From Schmidtea polychroa (taxonomy: Eukaryota), in the NCBI GenBank assembly GCA_044892525.1, contig CM097886.1, positions 93,062,001-93,126,000 of the forward strand: a DNA stretch of 64,000 bases, written 5' to 3'. Shown piece after piece: positions 1-7,571 of this stretch. The notes below the pieces were generated by a model. It searched no databases and was not told the origin of the DNA. It saw only the letters and a list, made by a program, of their open reading frames with translations. Both the position numbers and the translations under genes were made by a program. The stretch's first letter is position 1. Every line of letters starts with the position of its first letter.

Positions 1-2060
1 AATAAGTTAAATAGTTATTATTCCAGTATCTTTAACATTTTTCGTTATATTTTTGTAATCTTTATTAATTTTTAAAAATATTTATTTTTTGATTTGCACT
101 TTATCAATTTAAAAAAAATTAATTAACATAATTTTTACTGAATTCTTTAACATTGAATATTTTCATAATTATTGGGTTTTACCTTAACACTTTTGCTTTA
201 TATTGTTAGATGACAGGGGTCAATAAATCAACGAGTTCGAGTTAACCAAATATTACAGGAACTTCCCGAACAAAAATTAGAGGAACATCTACACGGAGGT
301 CACACAACTTCTATAATTAGTAATTCGCATTCTCAGAAGTCTTCACTTCGTTGCAGTGCGAAATCAATGGACAATTTATTTTGATATACTCTGATATTGA
401 AAATCTATCCATAATTGATTTTACATTGATATTAAATGTGTAATGGACAATTCATTTATTTGTAAATATTTCCTGAACGATTTATTGAGTGACATTGATT
501 GGGGTGTAATTTATTTATTATTTAGTGTTGTAGAATTTTATTCATTGGTGTCTATTATGTTGTTATTTTAATTTCGTGCTACGTAAAATATTAATTACAC
601 AAACTTGGGAAAAATGATAAAAACTAATTAAAATATTTGGAAATAAATTAAATTAAAATTTGAAATATTGAGAATCTAAAAAGATCAATTATGCAATCAA
701 ATTTGAAACACTTAAAAATTAATAAGAAATATCTGTATAATTAAATATCACATTTGAATAGGAAAAACGCCTTATAAAGCAATCATGAAAAATAATAGAA
801 TTATTATAATTAGAAAGCAGCTGTACAATATAAATTGTGATAGCACTAGAAATATAATAAAGTAATCAGGAACAATATAAAAATTATTTTATAAAAAAAC
901 AGCTGTCCTAATTTTTAGATAAATAGCAGCGCAAAATCAGAATTTTTCGCCCAAAAAACTAACAACTCTTTTAATATCTAAGAAGGTGAATCCTCGTTAG
1001 ATTAAAAAATAAGAAGGATACAACAAAAAAGTCTAACTACTGCACGCAACACAGCAAGGATAATATAACATTCACACATACATAATTTGCCTACACAATT
1101 CTATTGCAGTTACTGGAAATTTTGAATCGAATAGCAAGAAATTGATTTAAGTTTTTGGCAAATCTTTTATTGTAAATATATATTTGAAAACAACCGTCTT
1201 TTGTTTATTTCATACTCAGTAGATATATAGGAACCAGTAAAGTTGAGAAAGCAGATAGCGAGTTCTCTACAATACCATTTAAATTTACTTACACTCAATT
1301 TGTGATGCGGCGTACATTGTTTTACTCAATATGTTATTGTTGTGTTGGATGATGAGGGTCTACCTATCACCATATTCATATTAAATAAATATTACAGAAT
1401 AGGGCTTAGAAGTTATAGAATTAACGTGTTTTCCAAAGAAAGACAATAAACTATAGTCCAAATATATATCCAAATCAAACACAATCAAACAATATATTCA
1501 ATTCAAATGCAATCCATTTTATCCTGTATATAATTGATAAAAATTACTTTAACATTCGGTGATTTGGTTATTTTATGTGACTATATTGAATTTAAACTGT
1601 TTCATCCAAGGTGACTATTAATTATTTATCAAAATTGATTCATCCTGTGTATATATTTATTTGACTCTATATTATTTCATTAATTGCGTATTTAAACTAA
1701 ATGTCTTGGGTATTTTATTTGTTGTATAATTGTTCTGGTATGTTAATAACAATAACATTTAACACAAAGGAAAATTATAAAAATTACTATGAAACTTATT
1801 ATATTAATTAAAAATAATATTAATCTATATTAGAAATTTCTTGAAATAAATATCAAGAAATATTATACTACAAAAAATATAATAATAATATTTAATGTAA
1901 ATGAAAGATAATGAGAAAATTGTAATTATTCGACGGGAAATTATATTTGAGTAGGTTGTCAAAATAAATAAATTGCCCAAGCCAATTAAGTCGACAAGGG
2001 GAAGCCCTGAGTGAGAATATCAAAATTAATTTAATGACGAAAGGATGATTATGAGATGGG

Positions 2061-2068
2061 TATAAAAG
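2061..2068 (+). promoter_or_regulatory. TATA box candidate (recurs in every unit)
   Basis: TATAAAAG in a G-rich context (GGGTATAAAAGG). It starts 33 nt before the hairpin at 2094 and ~180 nt before the ATG at 2240. Confidence 0.35.
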
Positions 2069-2093
2069 GTGCTATTTCGGCCTGTTTTGGGCT

Positions 2094-2157
2094 TGCGCCT
2101 ATGTGTGCGTTTATTGTTAAAAGTTCTTTTTCTTGTATGTGTGCGCACACAGGCGCG
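2094..2157 (+). ncRNA. GC-rich hairpin A, candidate structured RNA or pre-miRNA-like element (recurs in every unit)
   Basis: TGCGCCTATGTGTGCGT pairs with GTGCGCACACAGGCGCG over 17 positions with one A.C mismatch, around an AT-rich loop. A paralog lies at 3051-3114. Confidence 0.3.
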
Positions 2158-2239
2158 AACAGGAGTTTTATTATTTTGGAATTCGAATTTTAGGAATTGT
2201 TATATAATTGTTTTTGTGGTTTGAATTTTTGAATCAAAA

Positions 2240-2566
2240 ATGTCAATTGATGTTTATTTAAAACTTAATATTGAAGATGAAAAAGATCGAATGCTGAAAA
2301 GAAAGTACATCACTGAGTTAATGGAACAAGATGAGAGCAAGTTGTATAATTCTAATGGTTCTGAAGAAACAGATAATGTTTTTAGTGGATAAGAATATCA
2401 ATCACTACTTAAAGAATGTGGTTTGTCACTAGCTCTTGATAATGACATCGGTGATGTTGAGGAATTTGATTCTACTCCATTTGTCAAGTACAAAGCTTTG
2501 ACTAGTAAATCGACAGACATTATTGATGAGTTCTTTGAAAAATCTATTGATGAAAGATTCGAATAA
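2240..2566 (+). pseudogene. Acidic orphan ORF (108 codons) with one in-frame TAA (recurs in every unit)
   Basis: MSIDVYLKLNIEDEKDRMLKRKYITELMEQDESKLYNSNGSEETDNVFSG*EYQSLLKECGLSLALDNDIGDVEEFDSTPFVKYKALTSKSTDIIDEFFEKSIDERFE*. The TAA is at 2390. Protein-like composition; family not recognised. Confidence 0.5.
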
Positions 2567-2589
2567 TCATTCTTTTAATTAGTAGTTCA

Positions 2590-2967
2590 ATGTTTCTGAT
2601 TTTAAAGTTGTAGCTGAATCAAATCTTTTCATTTATCAAATCATTGCAAATATCGAAGAGATTTTATTCACTCTTCAAGCAAACAACACGGAAAACAAAA
2701 CGTTATCATCTGATGATAAAATGACATCATTTTACAACTCAAACATCCAGTATTATAATTGAACCGGGGACCATCTGCAATGATATGTTGCAATTTTATC
2801 AAAAAGAAAAGGGTCTAATGAATATTTAAGTATTTGACGCTGGTATTTAAAAAAATAGTCAAACTCGAGAGCGTATTTTGTTGGCTTATTCCGTTGGAGT
2901 CTTACAAGTGATAGTTGATGTAAGGAAAACTATAATTTATTTTAAAAGAACTAGAAAACAATTCTAA
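2590..2967 (+). pseudogene. Deleted paralog of the FKBP/TPR-like gene at 3343 (recurs in every unit)
   Basis: Aligns to ~3368-3890 (VVAESNLFIYQIIANIEEILFTLQANNTENKTLSSDDKMTSFYNSNIQYYN) with deletions of 133 nt and ~37 nt plus stops. Confidence 0.8.
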
Positions 2968-3050
2968 ATTAATTACCACAAAACATCTGTATCAACCAGT
3001 CAGATGGAAGAATAATTTATCCACCTGTCTGGCTGTCTAATTTATGTCTT

Positions 3051-3114
3051 TGTGCCTGTGTGCACGTTTATTGTTAAGATATTTTATTCTTGTATGTGTG
3101 CGCACATAGGTGCG
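3051..3114 (+). ncRNA. GC-rich hairpin B, paralog of hairpin A (recurs in every unit)
   Basis: TGTGCCTGTGTGCACGT pairs with GTGTGCGCACATAGGTGCG. The arms align without gaps to hairpin A and pairing is retained. Confidence 0.3.
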
Positions 3115-3342
3115 GAGAGGGTTATTTTTATTCTTTTGGAATTAAAATCTCGGAATTAGTTATTCCTAAGCATCGGTGTGCGCGTGATTGTGGAGTTTTT
3201 ATGAAGGCTCACCTAATAATTCAGCTCCACATAATAAAGATAATGTGATTGGTATCAAAACTACTATAAATTCCTCTCGCGTTTGTATATAATTTAGTTA
3301 GTTTTAAATTGCAATTAATATTTCTTACAGTCGAATTCATTA

Positions 3343-3816
3343 ATGTCAGGTGAAAAGAATTTTTAATATGTTTCTGATTTTAAAGTTGTAGCCGAATCAG
3401 ATTTTTTCAGTTATAAAATTATTCCAAATATTGAAGAGATTTTATTCACCCTTCAAATAAACAACACGGAAAACAAAATGTTATCATCTGATGATAACAT
3501 GACATCATTTTACAACTCAAACATCCAGTTTTATAATTGTATAAAAGAAAAGAGAATCATCACCACAGATATATTATGTGCTATGCAGTTAGAGACTGGT
3601 GACGAGGAGAAAATTCGATTGGGTCATGTTGTGAAATTATATTTGAATATGGCTCGATGTAATTTGAAATTAAACCGGGGACCATCTGCATTCAAATGTT
3701 GCAATACGATGCTTGATAAGCAGCCAGTGAATGCAAAATCTATTTATCGAAAATCAAATGGTCTGATGATTATTGGAGAATTTGAAGCTGGTATTAAAAA
3801 ATTGTCAAACTCGTGA
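3343..3816 (+). CDS. TPR-domain protein, FKBP-type co-chaperone-like (possibly FKBP6/Shutdown-like), probably truncated; unit 1
   Basis: ORF 3478-3816 contains KLYLNMARCNLKLNRGPSAFKCCNTMLDKQPVNAKSIYRKSNGLMIIGEFEAG, matching the TPR2-TPR3 pattern of immunophilins (LNLAACxLKL...A...C...L...NxKALYR). The frame is open back to 3367. An ATG at 3343 joins it if a 36-nt GT-AG intron (3350-3385) removes the TAA at 3364. Confidence 0.55.
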
Positions 3817-4137
3817 ACATGCTTAGTTGGCTAATACAGTTGGAGTCAAGCATATGATAGTTGACATAAATAAATCCATGATTCTTACTTTAATTAGATT
3901 TGATTTGTTCAACATCGATAAAATGTATTCCAACTTTATTGAAGCCAGTCGTTAAAAATTTAGAATTAATAAAAAATTATTGTAGTTTTTTATAATAAAT
4001 TTAAAAAATCTATCAATTGACATGATTTAGCACAAAATTCATCATCATTATTTAAAAGTAGAAACACATAATATATTTAAATTTATTTATCAACTTATTG
4101 TTTTTTTTAAAATGAAGTTTGTTTAAATATTCAATTC

Positions 4138-4688
4138 TCTGTCGATGTTGAACTTAAATTTGTTGTCAGATCCTTTGAATTAAAAAATTCTAATCCTGTA
4201 AAAAATGAGCGAAATTTAGAGTTAGAATTTAAATTTAGATGGTCTCAATGAAAGATTAGATGAATCATCTGAAGATTAACCAGCCGTACAAGACTCAGAA
4301 AATTTTTTTTCCAACACCTAAAAAATTTAGCCTTCAAAATTCGAGAATCAAAAATCGAAATAAACGAAATGTAAATTTACAATTAAGGATAATAACGAAA
4401 TCAAACTGGAGGATGCATATGAAGATAAAGGTGCGAAACTAGTGCGACCTGATAAATAGAAAACCGAATACGACTGTTTTAGAGTCATTATAGAAATGCC
4501 AGATGAGTAAAAAAGACGTATTAAACGTTTTATCGAATAAGAGATATCCATTTGGCGTGAAGGAAGATGATTGTTATTGTTATTCACCGGAATTAATTGT
4601 AATGAACATATTGCTATGTGAATGTTCAATGGCAGAATCAACAGCTTGGCTATCGCTTAAATCAGAACTTACGTATATAACCATGTAA
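4138..4688 (+). pseudogene. Degraded coding remnant upstream of the NOP14-like ORF, probably the same gene (recurs in every unit)
   Basis: Frame-hopping protein-like text: LDGLNERLDESSED*PAVQDSE / LKNLAFKIRESKIEINEM / IKLEDAYEDKGAKLVRPDK*KTEYDCFRVIIEMPDE*KRRIKRFIE*EISIWR. AYED...RPDK*KTE loosely recalls the Nop14 YD...P(T/S)xRxKTEEE motif. Confidence 0.4.
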
Positions 4689-4799
4689 TTAATTAGTTCA
4701 TTATAATTTATTATATAATTAATCAAATAAATTGGATTATTTTTTAATCATTTATAATTAAATTAATTAGTCAATAAAAATAATTCCAGTGATAAAATA

Positions 4800-5126
4800 A
4801 TGAGAATTTCTGACAGTCAAAATAGCGAGAAATCCATTGATGCTATTTCTATGCTGTATCACATTTTATATCCGATTTTGAGAATGAGGAAAAATATGAA
4901 AATAGTGGAACTACTGGAACCGGATATCAAGGACGATTTTGATCGATCTAAGAATATTACAAAATCTTTGAAAAACAATATCAAAAAGGAAAGGAAATCG
5001 AATCAAAGGATAATGAAGTTGAATGTCAAGGAGGCATTTGTGATAGAAGTGGAAGAAGATAGGAAATTTTCGAAATTCAGAAATGAGAAAACAAAGGAAA
5101 TATTGAATTCTATCAGGCAGAAATAA
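4800..5126 (+). pseudogene. NOP14: NOP14-like C-terminal fragment, unit 1
   Basis: ELLEPDIKDDFD...SLKNNIKKERKSNQR...KTKEILNSIRQK resembles the Nop14/Utp2 C-terminus (yeast PKYEENF...MKAQLKKERK; human KRKVKQLFNSL). It is 108 aa against a ~800-aa parent and ends before the conserved QEG motif. Recognised from memory. Confidence 0.55.
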
Positions 5127-5467
5127 ATATTTGTTTTTTCCTTCTTGGCAATTTATTATTTGTGTTGAGAATTTTTATTTAAACATATAAACTACTAATA
5201 TTTTAATAAGTAGCCAAGTCAGGTGTTTTTTATTTGGCTTTTATTTTGGGGGCAGCAAGTGTATTTTGTGTTTCAATAAATTGCTAACGTAGAATTATAT
5301 TATCCTGCCACTTTCAGAATGCATGGATAACGCGAGCTTGGTAAATTGTTTTGTTGTTTTAATATTTAGGATCGAAAATGGGATGTAATTGCCCGATTTA
5401 GATCAAATTCCCAGTTAGCCGATGGGAATTAGAAACGGATCAAGTAGAGGTTAGCAAAATGAAATAA

Positions 5468-5628
5468 ACGAGCTTTGAGAATAACTTCTAAATCAACTTA
5501 GGGTTCCAGACGTGGAGGTTTCATATTAGGCCTTAATGTTAATTAAATGGATTTCGGAAATAAAAGTGCAAATATTGTGATGATTTGTAAATTGAATTGA
5601 GTATCAGGATTGATGATGAAATGTGCAT
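5468..5628 (+). repeat. 161-bp internal direct repeat R1 (recurs in every unit)
   Basis: Gapless match to 6757-6917 with 21 mismatches by hand count (~87% identity). Confidence 0.92.
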
Positions 5629-5752
5629 GAACGGGGAGGTGCTTTGTTTGTGATGAGCTGCAGATTTGTGATTTGGACGCCTTATATTCGATAAGCATCA
5701 ATAGTGGTGCTTGTTTATATGCCGTTGGACTAAGATTTTCTAAGAACTAAAA

Positions 5753-5800
5753 GATTACATATTAAGCCTTTATGTTAATTAAATGGATTTCTGAAATAAA
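5753..5800 (+). repeat. 48-bp third partial copy R3 of the internal repeat, ending 22 nt before the Ran ATG
   Basis: GATTACATATTAAGCCTTTATGTTAATTAAATGGATTTCTGAAATAAA matches 6806-6853 at 45/48. Confidence 0.88.
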
Positions 5801-5822
5801 TAAAGCTAAACTATTTTGAAAA

Positions 5823-6352
5823 ATGTCCGGTGATGTCGTAGCTCAGTTCAAACTGGTATTAATTGGTGAGGGGAAACAGGCAAAACTGCTTTTTTAAAAA
5901 ATACGTTACAGGAGAGTTTGGTAAGAAATATGGCGCAACATTGGGAGTGGAATTTCATTCTTTGGAGTTCAATAGAACTCGTGGTAAAATTCGTTTCAAT
6001 GCCTGGGATACGGCCGGCTAAGAAAAGTTCTTAGAGATTTCTACTATATTCAATGTTAATGTGCTATAATAATGTTTGATGTAACTAGTCGTATTACATA
6101 TAAAAATGATCAAACTGGCACCGAGATTTAGTTAGGGTATGTGAAAACATCCCTATTATCTTTGTAGGGAATAAGGTGGATATTAAAGATAGACTAAAAC
6201 AATTACCTTTCTGAGTAATAAGAATTTACAATATTAAGAATCACATGCTAAGTCTAATTATAAATTGGAAAAACAATTTTTGTGGATTGGTTGGGGATTC
6301 AAATCTCGAATTTTCTGAAATGCTTACAATAGCTCCTCTTCATAATTCATAA
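5823..6352 (+). pseudogene. RAN: Ran GTPase pseudogene (intronless, frameshifted, nonsense), unit 1
   Basis: Across frames: [164 protein letters not shown]. This is unmistakably Ran, with 6 frameshifting deletions, 3 internal stops and no acidic tail. Confidence 0.95.
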
Positions 6353-6360
6353 TTAGTCTG

Positions 6361-6754
6361 GTTTTCTCTTTACCTTGGCATTCAATGTTAACGACTCAGA
6401 TCTTTTCATTACTACCCGGATGAAAAGACCCACATTTTCGCCTACTTCTCAGTTTTCTTTTCACCATTTTTGTCTGGAACGTCGGTACGAGTTCTTTCTT
6501 CCATCTTTCTCAAATACGGTTCACAATTTCTAAAATTATTTTCCATCTTCGGTCATCTATACCTTCATTAGGTGTGATATCTTCTGTTCGCTCTAGTCCA
6601 GGCCAATTTTATAGAATAAAGTCATTTGGAGTTCGTCCAGTGTCATTTCAAAGTCGCTGCACTGGCAAAGGACGAGAATTCACCCTTCAACTTTTAATAA
6701 CACCGTATTCAGGTACTCATCCGTAATATCAGCCCCTCCAATATTTATTTTCAT
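6361..6754 (-). pseudogene. Degenerate EF-hand/calmodulin-like remnant (recurs in every unit)
   Basis: Minus frame from the ATG at 6754: MKINIGGADITDEYLNTVLLKVEG*ILVLCQCSDFEMTLDELQMTLFYKIGLD*SEQKISHLMKV*MTEDGK*F*KL*TVFEKDGRK.... Segments TLDEL...KIGLDxSEQxI..LMK...EDGK and TVFEKDG recall the calmodulin pattern ITTKEL..LGQNPTEAEL..DGNG and RVFDKDG. Eight stops. Confidence 0.35.
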
Positions 6755-6756
6755 AG

Positions 6757-6917
6757 ACGAGCTCTGACTATAAACTCTAAATCAACTTAGCGTTCAAGAA
6801 AGGGCGATTACATATTAGGCCTTTAAGTTAATTAAATAGATTTCTGAAATAAAAGTGCAAATATTGTGATGATTTGTCAATTAAATTGAGCATCTGGATT
6901 GATGATGAAATGTGCAT
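6757..6917 (+). repeat. 161-bp internal direct repeat R2 (recurs in every unit)
   Basis: Gapless match to 5468-5628 at offset 1,289. Confidence 0.92.
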
Positions 6918-7298
6918 AGATGAATAGAAAATACCTCGATTGAGTTATAACAGAAAGCAAGATAGACCTAGTACAGCTTTTGAGATTCAGGAGTTAATGT
7001 AATGGCAGCAATAGTAGATAACTTAGTAAATATGAAAATTATTAAAATGTTAAGATAGGAAATTGGAGACAATTGTCTACTACTAACACTACATTATAAC
7101 CCACCCAATGTGCGAATCCACTACAACCAATACTGAAATATAATACTAGGACTAACGACACCTTCTACTATTACTTAAAAAATTATTATAACTAGTTTTC
7201 GTATGTTTTTAGAATAAACGGTTTAACTTGTAACGCGCTATTCAAATAGATAATTTTCTTTAGACACCTTTTTTGTTATAAATATCAGTTTGTTCGAA

Positions 7299-7571
7299 AT
7301 GTTTTTGTGTTTTCCTTATGTACTTTGCGTCGCATGTTGCGCACATGATTCGATATACAATTTTTTGAGAAGGAAAAACATTTGGTAGATTAGTAGCATT
7401 GACAATCTCGATGAAATAGATCTGATGTTAGAGATTTCCGAAGTTGTGATTTCAAAGGTGAATTTTCTGGATCACAGACAAATACATACAATTGACAAAA
7501 CTCAATTATATAATGGTAAATTAATTAAAAATATTATTGAAATGTTGTTGGATTTTAAAAATTTGAATTGA
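7299..7571 (+). pseudogene. Orphan 90-codon frame with one in-frame TAG (recurs in every unit)
   Basis: MFLCFPYVLCVACCAHDSIYNFLRRKNIW*ISSIDNLDEIDLMLEISEVVISKVNFLDHRQIHTIDKTQLYNGKLIKNIIEMLLDFKNLN*. The TAG is at 7386; family not recognised. Confidence 0.35.

Noticed and set aside
1440-1960. Short imperfect repeats and extreme AT tracts (e.g. ATCCTGT.TATA.., AATAAT runs)
   Set aside because: Expected in low-complexity AT-rich spacer, with no consistent period or structure.
4260-4442. 60-aa plus-strand ORF (MNHLKINQ...)
   Set aside because: Off-frame reading of the E/D/K-rich remnant. Its ATG is lost in unit 8 by a change that is synonymous in the other frame.
4348-4641. 97-aa minus-strand ORF in the track (and its copies)
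   Set aside because: Ser/Leu/Ile-rich antisense shadow of the plus-strand remnant, with no recognisable motif.
4503-4688. 61-aa ORF (MSKKDVLN...) as an independent gene
   Set aside because: Its 5' half overlaps a more protein-like frame. At most its 3' half is part of the degraded upstream remnant.
5577-5660. Box C/D snoRNA suggested by GTGATGA/TGATGA motifs (also near 6866)
   Set aside because: No suitably spaced CTGA D box, terminal stem or recognisable rRNA guide was found.
5870-5905. Ran frameshifts as homopolymer sequencing errors or programmed frameshifts hiding an intact gene
   Set aside because: Only two lesions are in homopolymers. The 7-11 nt deletions and three nonsense codons cannot be explained this way.
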